Assembly: GCF_000283555.1 (NCBI RefSeq)
Contig: NC_016012.1
Coordinates: forward strand, 270,001-302,000
Length of the DNA: 32,000 bases
Direction: 5' to 3'
Source: Candidatus Arthromitus sp. SFB-rat-Yit
GTDB lineage: Bacteria > Bacillota > Clostridia > Clostridiales > Clostridiaceae
The translations under genes and the position numbers were made by a program. The notes under the pieces are model-generated. The model was not told where the DNA came from and searched no databases. It saw only the letters and a list, made by a program, of their open reading frames with translations. Below, piece after piece: positions 11,215 to 20,626 of the stretch (the stretch's first letter is position 1; each line of letters starts with the position of its first letter).

Positions 11215-12441
11215 ATGGATAATAATTTTGATGAAAGAGAGTATAGTACTTCATCTAAAGATGAAAAAGATACTATTTCTGAAGAAAGTAATGAAATAGT
11301 ATTAAGAAGTAAGGAAACAAGAAAAGATAAACGTAGTTTTAGTTCTAGTTTTGTTATTTGTTTAGTTATTATATGTTTTGTGTGTAGTTCTGTATTTGGG
11401 AGTGCAATTACATTATATTTAGCTCCGAAATTTGCTTTTTTTCAAAAAACGCCACTTTATAGTCAAATAGGAGTAAGCAAGACTCAGTATATTGGTCCTA
11501 CATATTTTTCTGAAGATAAGGATGTATTAAGTGTAACAGAGATTGTAAAGAGAGTTGGTCCAGCAGTAGTGGGTGTTAGTACGAAATCAATTGTTAATAG
11601 AGGATTCTTTGGATTACAACAACAAGAGGGAATAGGATCTGGATTTATTATAAATGAAGAAGGACATATCTTAACAAATTATCATGTTGTTGAAGGAGTT
11701 CAAACTGTAAAAATAATATTTTATGATGGCGTAGAAACAGATGGAAAAGTTATAAATTATGATGAATTAAATGATATTGCTTTGATTAAACTTACAGATC
11801 CAACAGTTATGGTTCCAGCAACAGTTTCACTTGGAAATTCCGATGAATTATTGGTTGGAGAATCTGTTGTTGCTATAGGATCACCACTTGGAAAAGAATT
11901 TATAGGAACAACTACTAAAGGTATAGTAAGTGCACTTGATAGAGATATTACAATTGACGGTAAAACCTTAAAGTTACTTCAAACTGATACAGCAATAAAC
12001 CCAGGAAATAGTGGTGGACCACTTATAAATTCAAGGGGAGAGGTTATAGGGATAAACACAGCAAAATTTGATAATACTGGAACAACAAGTGTTGAAGGAA
12101 TTGGTTTTGCAATACCTATAAATCAAGCTAAACAAAAATTAGATGAATTATCGAAACCTATTTTAAGAATTGGGATTAAAGGTAGAGTTATTGATCAGAG
12201 TATGTCTAATAATTTAAATTTGCCTCAAGGAATATATGTAGTTGAAGTTGAAAGTTTTTCGAATGCAGAGAGAGCTGGTATAAAATCTGGAGATGTTATT
12301 TTAAAATTTGGTGGAAGGGATGTTAAGACATTTGAAGATATAAATAGTGTAAAAGTTAATCATAATGCAGGAGATACTATTAGGGTTGTTGTTTATAGAA
12401 ATGGGGCTAATCAAGATATTGATTTGATATTAAATGAATAG
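11215..12441 (+). CDS. HtrA/DegP-like membrane-anchored serine protease with PDZ domain
   Basis: TM segment, 'GIGSGFIINEEGHILTNYHVVEG' (His), 'DIALIKL' (Asp), 'DTAINPGNSGGPLINSRGEVIGINT' (Ser), C-terminal PDZ 'VESFSNAERAGIKSGDVILKFGG'. Confidence 0.96.
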   Translation: MDNNFDEREYSTSSKDEKDTISEESNEIVLRSKETRKDKRSFSSSFVICLVIICFVCSSVFGSAITLYLAPKFAFFQKTPLYSQIGVSKTQYIGPTYFSEDKDVLSVTEIVKRVGPAVVGVSTKSIVNRGFFGLQQQEGIGSGFIINEEGHILTNYHVVEGVQTVKIIFYDGVETDGKVINYDELNDIALIKLTDPTVMVPATVSLGNSDELLVGESVVAIGSPLGKEFIGTTTKGIVSALDRDITIDGKTLKLLQTDTAINPGNSGGPLINSRGEVIGINTAKFDNTGTTSVEGIGFAIPINQAKQKLDELSKPILRIGIKGRVIDQSMSNNLNLPQGIYVVEVESFSNAERAGIKSGDVILKFGGRDVKTFEDINSVKVNHNAGDTIRVVVYRNGANQDIDLILNE

Positions 12442-12483
12442 AAAAGGCATAGTACATTTGTACTATGCTTTTAAATTTTTTTA
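12442..12483. terminator. Bidirectional terminator between the htrA-like gene and the ABC-F gene
   Basis: Hairpin aaaaggcatagtac-attt-gtactatgctttt followed by 'aaattttttt'. Confidence 0.85.
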
Positions 12484-14385
12484 AATTAAGTTTTCCCACT
12501 CTTCATAAAGAGATGATAATATTTGTTTAAGAGAATTTATTTCCTTATTTATTTCGTTTAATTTTTCATAATTTGAGTAGATTTCTTTAAGAGTTAGCTT
12601 TTCTTGAAGAAATGAAATTTTTTCCTCAGTTTTATTGATTTCACTTTCGACTTTGAAGATTTTTCTTGTTATATCTTTTCCTTTTTTACTCTTTTCATGA
12701 ACTCGATTCTTATTTTTTGATTTTGTTTTACCGTATCTTGAATTAATAGTTTCTTCTATTAGTTTTAGGGAATCTTCCTTACTCAATAAATTTTGTTTTG
12801 ATATATAATAATCGTAATTTCCTAAGTATTCTATTAAGGAATTATTTTTAAATTCATATATTATGCTAGCAACTTTATTTAAGAAATATCTATCATGGGA
12901 TATGATAAGACATGTTCCTTCAAAATTAATTATAGCATCTTCTAATATTTCTCTTGTATATATATCTAAATGATTTGTTGGCTCATCCATAAATAACACA
13001 TTCGATTTAGATAATATTATTTTTAAAAGACTTAATCTACATTTTTCTCCCCCACTTAAAAGAGAAATTTCTTTATGTATGTCGTCATCTTTAAATAAAA
13101 AATTTGATAAATGGCGTCTTATAACTTGTGTTGTTATATTAGGGAATGAATCTCTAATTTCTTCAAATATAGTCTTATTTTTATTTAAATCCGATTGTTC
13201 TTGATCATAATATGTAATGTTTAGTCCACTCCCATAAATTATTTCTCCAGAAGTTTGATGTATTTTTTTGCATAGTATTTTAAAGAAAGTGGATTTACCT
13301 ATTCCATTTTCTCCTATGAATGCTATTTTTTGATTTTTTGTAACACATAAATTTATATTTTCAAATAGTTTTCGATCATCATAATATTTTGTTAAATTTT
13401 TTACTAGTAAAATATCATTTCCTGTTTTTTCAGATAATTCAAATTCTATATTCTTTATTTTATTCGATAGTTCAGGTTTATCAATTAAACTGATTTTATT
13501 TAATCTTTTTTCACGGCTATCAGCTGCTTTAATTCTTTTTTTACTATAACATGCCCTATAGTTTTTAATAATTTCAAGTTCTTTATTAATAAATTTTTGT
13601 TGAAGATTATATTTGTTTATTAAATTTTCTATATGTATTTTTTTTAGATTTATAAATTTTGTGTAGTTTGAGTTAAATGTAAGTATTTGTTTATTTTCAA
13701 GCTCAAAAATATGAGTAACTATTTTATCAAGGAAGTATCTATCATGTGATACTACTATAATTGTACCTTTATAATTTTTTAAATAATTTTCAAACCATTC
13801 GATAGAGTCGAGATCTAGGTGATTTGTCGGCTCATCAAGAAGAAGTATATCTGGCTTTTTTAATAACAATTTAGCTAAATCAAGTCTTTTCTTTTCACCG
13901 CCGCTTAAATGTTTGGATGATTCATGCATTCTTTGATTATCAAATTTTAAATAATTGAGAATTTTTATTGTTTCAGTTTTGTATGTATATCCACCACTAT
14001 TATTAAATTTATTCATCAAATCTGTATATTCAATTATTAAATCCTCATTTTGATTATTTTCAAGCATTGACTCTAAATTTTTTAATCTGTTTTCCATTTT
14101 TATAAGGTTATCAAATACATTTAAAGCATTTTCATATATGGACAAATTGGGATTTAAGTTAGAGTTTTGATTTAAATATCCAATAGTTTTATTTTTATTT
14201 ATAAATATTTCACCAGAATCATAAGGTATTTCTTTTGTTAGTATTTTTAATAGTGTTGATTTACCACCACCATTTTGCCCAATTAATCCAATTTTATCAC
14301 CTTCATTGATATTGAATGAAATATCTGAGAGTATTTTCTTAATACCATAACTTTTATAAATGTTTTTAAAGCTTATTATAAGCAT
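12481..14385 (-). CDS. ABC-F family ATPase (YdiF/Uup-like), tandem nucleotide-binding domains, no TM
   Basis: Two Walker A ('GLIGQNGGGKST', 'AFIGENGIGKST'), two signatures ('HLSGGEKKRLDLAKLL', 'LSGGEKCRLSLLKI'), two 'DEPTNHLD' motifs, C-terminal coiled coil. RBS 'aggtg' upstream. Confidence 0.95.
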   Translation of the reverse strand: MLIISFKNIYKSYGIKKILSDISFNINEGDKIGLIGQNGGGKSTLLKILTKEIPYDSGEIFINKNKTIGYLNQNSNLNPNLSIYENALNVFDNLIKMENRLKNLESMLENNQNEDLIIEYTDLMNKFNNSGGYTYKTETIKILNYLKFDNQRMHESSKHLSGGEKKRLDLAKLLLKKPDILLLDEPTNHLDLDSIEWFENYLKNYKGTIIVVSHDRYFLDKIVTHIFELENKQILTFNSNYTKFINLKKIHIENLINKYNLQQKFINKELEIIKNYRACYSKKRIKAADSREKRLNKISLIDKPELSNKIKNIEFELSEKTGNDILLVKNLTKYYDDRKLFENINLCVTKNQKIAFIGENGIGKSTFFKILCKKIHQTSGEIIYGSGLNITYYDQEQSDLNKNKTIFEEIRDSFPNITTQVIRRHLSNFLFKDDDIHKEISLLSGGEKCRLSLLKIILSKSNVLFMDEPTNHLDIYTREILEDAIINFEGTCLIISHDRYFLNKVASIIYEFKNNSLIEYLGNYDYYISKQNLLSKEDSLKLIEETINSRYGKTKSKNKNRVHEKSKKGKDITRKIFKVESEINKTEEKISFLQEKLTLKEIYSNYEKLNEINKEINSLKQILSSLYEEWENLI

Positions 14386-14561
14386 GGTTTCACCTACAAT
14401 TATATAAATTTTAGCAAACTAGATTATAATAAATTTATATATAATTTAAAATATACATTGCTTAAAAATTATATTATCTGTTATTATATCTCTATAGTAA
14501 TGTTTAATTATATCAGTAAAAGTATTTATATGCAATTTTGATGAAAGGGTAGTGTAGATTT

Positions 14562-15230
14562 ATGCTAGATAAAATAAAAGGAGGACTTGTAATATCTTGT
14601 CAGGCTTTACCAGATGAGCCGTTGCATAGTCCGTTTATTATGGGGAGAATGGCACTTGCAGCAAAAGAAGCAGGGGCAATAGGTATACGAGCACAGGGAG
14701 TTTCTGACATAATAGAGATTAAAAGAGTAACTGATTTACCTGTAATTGGAATTATAAAAAGGGATTATGAAGGTTCGGAAGTGTATATAACTCCTACAAT
14801 GAAAGAGGTTAATGAACTTTTAAGTTCTGGATGTGATATGATAGCATTAGATGCAACAAATAGAGTAAGACCTAATTGTGAAAAACTTAAAGATTTAATT
14901 TTAAGTATTAAAAGAGAAAATATTTTAGTTATGGCTGATATTTCAAATTATGAGGAAGGAGTTATGGCTGAGGAGCTTGGATGTGATTGTGTATCTACAA
15001 CATTATCTGGATATACATCGTATACACAAAGAGAAGATGAACCAGATTTAGAATTAATGAAAAAACTTGTTAGAGATTTGAAAATACCAGTAATTGCTGA
15101 AGGAAGGATAAATACCCCGGAAGATTTAAAAAGTGTGTATGATATAGGGATACATTCAGCTGTGGTTGGATCAGCAATAACAAGACCGCAACTAATAGCT
15201 AAAAGATTCATTGATGTTATAAATAAGTGA
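14562..15230 (+). CDS. nanE: N-acylglucosamine-6-phosphate 2-epimerase (ManNAc-6-P epimerase)
   Basis: 'GGLVISCQALPDEPLHSP', 'GAIGIRAQG', 'LPVIGIIKRDY', 'VYITPT', 'DMIALDATNRVRP', 'VMADISNYEEG', 'IPVIAEGRI', 'AVVGSAITRP'. Catalytic Lys66 present. Confidence 0.97.
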   Translation: MLDKIKGGLVISCQALPDEPLHSPFIMGRMALAAKEAGAIGIRAQGVSDIIEIKRVTDLPVIGIIKRDYEGSEVYITPTMKEVNELLSSGCDMIALDATNRVRPNCEKLKDLILSIKRENILVMADISNYEEGVMAEELGCDCVSTTLSGYTSYTQREDEPDLELMKKLVRDLKIPVIAEGRINTPEDLKSVYDIGIHSAVVGSAITRPQLIAKRFIDVINK

Positions 15231-15304
15231 ATCTGATAAATTTAGTGTTATATTTTATTGTTTTATTATTATTTGAAAACGTTTTATTAAGTGAGGTTTT
15301 ATTT

Positions 15305-16171
15305 ATGAAAGGTATTTATTCAGCTCTTTTAACTTCTTTTGATAAAGAAGGAAATATTAATGAGAAGGGTATAAGGGAACTTGTTAGGCACAATATAGAT
15401 TGTGTTAAGGTTGATGGTATTTATGTTAATGGTAGCACTGGAGAGAACTTCATGTTATCAACAGAAGAGAAGAAGAAGATATTTCAAATTGTAAAAGATG
15501 AGGCTGATGGTAAGATTAAATTGATTGCCCAAATTGGTTCTATAAATTTAAAAGAGAGTATTGAGCTTGGAAATTATGCAACAGAATTAGGATATGACTC
15601 ATTAAGTGCCGTAACACCATTTTATTACAAATTTACATTTGAAGAGATAAAAGATTATTATAACACTATAATAAAAGAAACTCAAAATAACATGATAATA
15701 TATTCTATACCATATTTAACAGGAGTTGATATGGGACTTGATAATTTTGGGGAGCTTTTTAAAAATCCTAAAATAATAGGAGTTAAGTTTACAAATCCAG
15801 ATTTTTATTTACTTGAGAGGATTATATATACATTTCCAGATAAATTAGTTTATTCGGGATTTGATGAAATGCTTCTACCTGCTGCAGTAGTTGGAGTAGA
15901 TGGAGCAATAGGATCAACATTTAATGTAAATGGAAGAAGAGCTAAGGAAATATTTGATTTAGTTAGTAAAGGAAAATTAAAAGAGGCAAGGGAATTACAA
16001 AGTATTACAAATAATTTAATTACAGAAATTTTAAACAACGGATTATATCAAACAATTAAATTAATATTAGAAGAGTTTGGTGTAAATGCTGGTTATTGCA
16101 AGAGACCTTTTAGAGAGTCAACTGATGAAATGAAGAAAAATGCGAAAGAAATATTTAATAAGTATTTTTAA
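15305..16171 (+). CDS. nanA: N-acetylneuraminate lyase
   Basis: 'KGIYSALLTSFDKEG', 'GIYVNGSTGENFMLS', 'YSIPYLTG', 'IIGVKFTNPDFY'. ATG 15305 preceded by 'gtgaggt'; the track start at 15227 overlaps nanE and is likely too far upstream. Confidence 0.95.
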   Translation: MKGIYSALLTSFDKEGNINEKGIRELVRHNIDCVKVDGIYVNGSTGENFMLSTEEKKKIFQIVKDEADGKIKLIAQIGSINLKESIELGNYATELGYDSLSAVTPFYYKFTFEEIKDYYNTIIKETQNNMIIYSIPYLTGVDMGLDNFGELFKNPKIIGVKFTNPDFYLLERIIYTFPDKLVYSGFDEMLLPAAVVGVDGAIGSTFNVNGRRAKEIFDLVSKGKLKEARELQSITNNLITEILNNGLYQTIKLILEEFGVNAGYCKRPFRESTDEMKKNAKEIFNKYF

Positions 16172-16192
16172 TTATGAGGAATTGGATTAATT

Positions 16193-17650
16193 ATGGGATT
16201 TAGTTTAATAGATTTTGGAGTGCTAATTGTTTATCTTATAATAGTTCTATTTATTGGTCTTTACTTTTCAAAAAAAGATATGAATGGTAAGGAATTTTTT
16301 AAAGGGGATGGCACAATACCTTGGTGGGTTACATCAGTATCAATATTTGCAACACTTTTAAGCCCTATATCATTTTTATCATTAGTTGGTAATTCCTATA
16401 ATGGGACATGGATCTTATGGTTTGCACAACTTGGGGTATTTATAGCAATACCACTTACAATAAGACTATTTTTGCCAGTATTTAGTAGGCTCAATATAGA
16501 TACGGCATATCATTATTTAGAGATAAGATATAAAAGTAAGGGATTACGTGTTATAGGGGCTGTTATATTTATTATTTATCAAATAGGTAGAATGTCTATA
16601 ATAATGTACTTACCATCGATAGTTTTATCAAGATTATCTAACATAAATGTAAACATATTCATAATACTTATGGGAGTTATTGCAATTATATATTCATATT
16701 CTGGAGGTATAAAATCTGTTTTATGGACTGATTTTATACAGGGGGTAATTTTAATTTTAGGAGTTATTGGAACATTTATATTTATATTATTTAAACTAGA
16801 AGGTGGTTTTGGTGATATAGCAGGTGTGCTATTTAATGAACAAAAGTTTATATCAAGTAGTGATGTGTTGTTTGACCCAAATTTGCTTAAAACTAGTGTA
16901 TTTATGCTTATTGTTGGAGGAGGATTAAATACATTTTCTTCATATATATCTAGTCAAGATGTTGTTCAAAGATTTACAACAACAACGGATATAAAAAAAT
17001 TGAAGAAAATGACGTATGCAAATGGAATATTATCTATTGCTGCGGCTACTATATTTTATTTAATAGGTACGGCGTTATTTGTATTTTATAGACAAAATCC
17101 AAGTCTTTTGGTAGATACTGCTCAAGATCAAATTTATGCCTCATTCATAGCTTATCAATTACCAGTAGGTATAACAGGATTGTTATTAGCTGCTATATAT
17201 GCTGCATCTCAATCTACTTTATCTACAGGATTAAATTCAGTTGCAACAAGTTGGACACTTGATATACAAAATTATATAACTAAAGGGCTGAGTTTTAAAA
17301 CTCAAACTAAAATTGCTCAATTAGTTTCATTGGTTGTTGGTGTTGTATCTGTAATTGTTGCTATGATTCTTGCGACAAGTGAAATTAATTCGGCGTATGA
17401 GTGGTTTAATGGATTTGTTGGTGCAGTTCTTGGAGTTTTGGCAGGAATATTTGTACTTGGAATTGCGTGCAAAAATGCAACAAAATTATCTGCATATATA
17501 GGATTTATTACAGCTACGATAATCGTACTTTCACTTAAATATATGAATTTAAATATTGATGTTTCTATATGGTCATATTCGCTTATAAGTATAGTTGTTA
17601 CAGTTGTAGTTGGATATATAGTTAGTTTATTTTGTCGTAAAAATAAATAA
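16193..17650 (+). CDS. Sodium:solute symporter (SSS family), probable sialic acid transporter
   Basis: Multi-TM protein with SSS-family 'FFKGDGTIPWWVTSVSIFATLLSPISFL' and 'YSYSGGIKSVLWTDFIQG'; sialic acid assignment rests on linkage to nanE/nanA. Confidence 0.88.
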   Translation: MGFSLIDFGVLIVYLIIVLFIGLYFSKKDMNGKEFFKGDGTIPWWVTSVSIFATLLSPISFLSLVGNSYNGTWILWFAQLGVFIAIPLTIRLFLPVFSRLNIDTAYHYLEIRYKSKGLRVIGAVIFIIYQIGRMSIIMYLPSIVLSRLSNINVNIFIILMGVIAIIYSYSGGIKSVLWTDFIQGVILILGVIGTFIFILFKLEGGFGDIAGVLFNEQKFISSSDVLFDPNLLKTSVFMLIVGGGLNTFSSYISSQDVVQRFTTTTDIKKLKKMTYANGILSIAAATIFYLIGTALFVFYRQNPSLLVDTAQDQIYASFIAYQLPVGITGLLLAAIYAASQSTLSTGLNSVATSWTLDIQNYITKGLSFKTQTKIAQLVSLVVGVVSVIVAMILATSEINSAYEWFNGFVGAVLGVLAGIFVLGIACKNATKLSAYIGFITATIIVLSLKYMNLNIDVSIWSYSLISIVVTVVVGYIVSLFCRKNK

Positions 17651-17656
17651 AAATAA

Positions 17657-17700
17657 AATTTTATGGATATTCTCTTGATATTAGAATATCCATTTTATTA
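17657..17700 (+). terminator. Rho-independent terminator (possibly attenuating between transporter and kinase)
   Basis: Stem atggatattct / agaatatccat (17663-17673 / 17683-17693), followed by 'tttatt'. Confidence 0.75.
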
Positions 17701-17759
17701 TTTACTAAAAAATTTTTAGAGAGTATACTAAAAAATAATTAAATTGGAGGTAATTAGTT

Positions 17760-18698
17760 ATGGAATTGAGGTATTGTTTATCATTTGATATAGGGGGAAC
17801 TTTTATAAAGTATGCTATTATTGATAATAAAGGAATGATTTATAAAAAAGATAAAATTAATACTCCATCATATCCAGCGAAAGAAACTATACCAAATACG
17901 CTTATAGATATATTTAATAAATTAAAATCAGAATTTAATATTGATTGTATAGGAGTATCTACAGCAGGGCAAGTTGATGTTGATAAATGTGAAATAAAGT
18001 ATGCAACAAATAGTATACCAGGGTATATTGGTACGAATTTTAGAGAGTGTATAGGAAAGAGATTTAATATACCTGTATTTGCTGACAATGATGTTAATTC
18101 AGCAGCTATTGGTGAAATGTGGCTTGGAAATGGTAGAGGAGTTAAAAATTTTTTATGTATGACTTTAGGAACAGGAGTTGGAGGGGCTATTATAATAGAT
18201 AATAAGTTACATCGTGGTAATAATTATTCGGCAGGTGAGATTGGACATTTTATTATCTTTCCTAATGGATATAAGTGTAGTTGTGGATTAAATGGATGTT
18301 ATGAGAGATATGCATCTACATCAGCATTAATTAGAATTTATAAAGAAGAATTGATTAAAAATAATTTACCATGTAATGATACTTATACAGGAGAATACAT
18401 AGTTGATTTATATTATAAGGGAGATAGTATAGCAAGTTTGGTATATGATAAATTTTTGGATTATATATCGTATGGTATATCAAATTTAATTCGTATTTTA
18501 GATATTGGTCTTGTATTAATTGGTGGAGGTATATCGGAACAAGGAGATCCATTTTTTAGTGAAATAAATAAAAGATTTAAAAAATATGTAATTGATGTGT
18601 ATAAAGATGGTACTATAATAAAGCAAGCTGCACTCAAAAATGATGCTGGTGTTATTGGTGCGGCATATAATTCATTTTTGTATATAAATGCATTATAA
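17760..18698 (+). CDS. nanK: ROK-family sugar kinase, probable N-acetylmannosamine kinase
   Basis: 'SFDIGGTFIKYAIID', 'GTGVGGAIIID', 'GEIGHFIIFPNGYKCSCGLNGCYERYAS' (ROK zinc motif); located directly after nanE-nanA-SSS. Confidence 0.85.
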   Translation: MELRYCLSFDIGGTFIKYAIIDNKGMIYKKDKINTPSYPAKETIPNTLIDIFNKLKSEFNIDCIGVSTAGQVDVDKCEIKYATNSIPGYIGTNFRECIGKRFNIPVFADNDVNSAAIGEMWLGNGRGVKNFLCMTLGTGVGGAIIIDNKLHRGNNYSAGEIGHFIIFPNGYKCSCGLNGCYERYASTSALIRIYKEELIKNNLPCNDTYTGEYIVDLYYKGDSIASLVYDKFLDYISYGISNLIRILDIGLVLIGGGISEQGDPFFSEINKRFKKYVIDVYKDGTIIKQAALKNDAGVIGAAYNSFLYINAL

Positions 18699-18722
18699 TT
18701 TTTAAAATTTTGGAGGTATGAT

Positions 18723-19274
18723 GTGGAAATTTTATTTATTCCAGTAGCATTAGCTTTAGATGCTTTCGGAGTAGCATTAAGTTTGGGATTTTCAAATAAA
18801 CACAAGTTTAAGCAACTTATATTATTTTGTTTGAGTTTTGGATTCTTTCAGTTTTTATTTTCATTTTTAGGTGGAATTTTTGGAGATGTAATAAATTCAT
18901 ATGTTTTAACTATTCCAAAAGTATTTGGAGGAATTGTTATCTTAATTGTAGGTATATTGATGTTTAAAGAGGCTTTGGGACATTGTGATGAGGATAATTA
19001 TGAGGATAAAAAATTATTTAATAATTTGTATATTACTCTTGGTATATCTGTTAGTATAGATGCGTTAGTTGTAGGGTTTACAGCATACAATTTGCATAAT
19101 TTAAAATTAATATTTTTAAACACACTTTTAGTTGGAGTTGTAACATTAATTTTATCATTATTTGCAGTATTTTTATCTGCTCATTTAAAGAGAATAAGAA
19201 TTATAACAAAATACGCAGATTTTTTAGGGGGAGTTTTGCTTATACTATTTGGCTTGAAAATGATTTTTTTCTAG
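18723..19274 (+). CDS. mntP: MntP-family manganese efflux pump
   Basis: Six-TM protein with duplicated 'ALALDAFGVALSLGF' / 'ISVSIDALVVGFTA' motifs. GTG start with 'ggaggt' RBS. Confidence 0.85.
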   Translation: MEILFIPVALALDAFGVALSLGFSNKHKFKQLILFCLSFGFFQFLFSFLGGIFGDVINSYVLTIPKVFGGIVILIVGILMFKEALGHCDEDNYEDKKLFNNLYITLGISVSIDALVVGFTAYNLHNLKLIFLNTLLVGVVTLILSLFAVFLSAHLKRIRIITKYADFLGGVLLILFGLKMIFF

Positions 19275-19414
19275 ATTTATAATATATCCAATATAAAAGT
19301 AATTGAGTACATAATTAAGAGTATGGAGTAAAATTGAATAAAATGGTATAATTTATGAAATGACTAGCAATAGTTTTGAGTTAGCTAAGTTTAATGATCC
19401 AGAGGTAGTTGTTT

Positions 19415-19834
19415 ATGGAATATATAGATATTTTAAATAGGGTAGGATTAAAAGTAACAAAACCTAGGAGTATTGTTTTAAATATATTTAAGAGTACTGA
19501 TAAAATTTTGAATGTATCTGAAATTTATGATGTGTGTAAAGATAAAGGGTTTACCATAAATTTATCTACTATATATAGAACATGTGAAAAATTTTCACAA
19601 AAAAAAATTATTGATAAAGTTATTGGAAATGATAGAGTAAGTGGATATAAACTTTCTACAATATCTCATGTTCATGAGATTAAGTGTAATTTTTGTAATA
19701 AAGTTGTTCACATAAATTGTCCTTTTAATGTTTTGATACAACACATAGAAGATGATACAGGATTTACTTTGACGAAGCATAATATAGAGATAGCTGGTAT
19801 ATGTAATGAATGCAAAAAAAACAAGAACTATTAA
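19415..19834 (+). CDS. Fur-family metalloregulator, possibly Zur given the adjacent zinc uptake genes
   Basis: 'GLKVTKPRSIVLNIF', 'INLSTIYRTCEKF', 'HVHEIKCNFCNKVV', 'CNECKKN'. ATG 19415 follows 'agaggt'. Confidence 0.88.
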   Translation: MEYIDILNRVGLKVTKPRSIVLNIFKSTDKILNVSEIYDVCKDKGFTINLSTIYRTCEKFSQKKIIDKVIGNDRVSGYKLSTISHVHEIKCNFCNKVVHINCPFNVLIQHIEDDTGFTLTKHNIEIAGICNECKKNKNY

Positions 19835-19850
19835 TTAGTTCTTGTTTTTT
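19816..19850. terminator. Bidirectional terminator embedded in both convergent coding ends
   Basis: Perfect 15-bp stem aaaaaacaagaacta / tagttcttgtttttt with loop ttaat containing the stop codons. Confidence 0.9.
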
Positions 19851-20626
19851 GTAATTATAAGGCAAATTATTAGAATTATTATTGATGTAAGGGCTATTGT
19901 ACCACCTGGAGCTGTATTTAAATGATAAGATAAAAAAAGCCCTAAAAGAATGCATATTATTCCTAGAATAATTGAAATTAACACCGTTTGGGAAAATCCT
20001 TTTTTAAATCTAAATGATGCGGCAACAGGTATAATCATAATTGATGATACAACAAGAAGACCGATAACTTTTATAGACGCAGATATTGTTAAACTTAGTA
20101 ATACCGAAAATAATACATTGTAAAATGACGTATTGAATTTAGATACTTTATAGAAATCTTCATCTAATATCATTAATACAAATTTTTTATAATTAAGTAT
20201 TAATGTTATTAATACGATCAAGCTTGTACATATTATAAATATTAAATCGTTTCTATTTAATGTAAGGATGCTCCCAAATATTATACTTTCTATATTTATT
20301 TTGACAAGACTACTACTTGATATAATTATAGCTATACCTAAACTTAAGGTTAGAAGTATGGAAAGGGATATTTCTGAGAAATTTTTATAATATTTTCTTA
20401 AATATTCAATTAAAATAGCACAAGCTATAGTATATACAATTGATACAAGTAAGGAATTTATTCCTAGTACGTATGATAGTGCAACACCAGCAAAAGAAGC
20501 ATGAGATAGAGTATCACTTATGTATGAATATCTTTTGAGGACTATAAAATTTCCTATGAATGGACATATTATAGATACAAAAAAACCAGCTATAAACGCA
20601 TTGCGTATAAATTCATATTTAAACAC
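19835..20626 (-). CDS. znuB: Zinc/metal ABC transporter permease (ZnuB-like)
   Basis: Multi-TM ABC-3 family permease: 'FVVLKRYSYISDTLSHASFAGVALSY', 'GLLVVSSIMIIPVAASF'; overlaps the ATPase gene. Confidence 0.92.
   Translation of the reverse strand: MFKYEFIRNAFIAGFFVSIICPFIGNFIVLKRYSYISDTLSHASFAGVALSYVLGINSLLVSIVYTIACAILIEYLRKYYKNFSEISLSILLTLSLGIAIIISSSSLVKINIESIIFGSILTLNRNDLIFIICTSLIVLITLILNYKKFVLMILDEDFYKVSKFNTSFYNVLFSVLLSLTISASIKVIGLLVVSSIMIIPVAASFRFKKGFSQTVLISIILGIICILLGLFLSYHLNTAPGGTIALTSIIILIICLIITKNKN

Noticed and set aside
14948-15211. Minus-strand ORF inside nanE
   Set aside because: Antisense shadow of the conserved nanE reading frame.
15850-16038. Minus-strand ORF inside nanA
   Set aside because: Antisense shadow ORF; no independent support.
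17840-18805. ORFs overlapping the ROK kinase gene (17840..18088, 18355..18552, 18461..18805)
   Set aside because: Contained in or overlapping the ROK kinase, which has full motif support; no supporting signals.
19595-19955. ORFs 19595..19780 and 19764..19955 overlapping the Fur-family and znuB genes
   Set aside because: Overlap two supported genes and the shared terminator; translations unconvincing.
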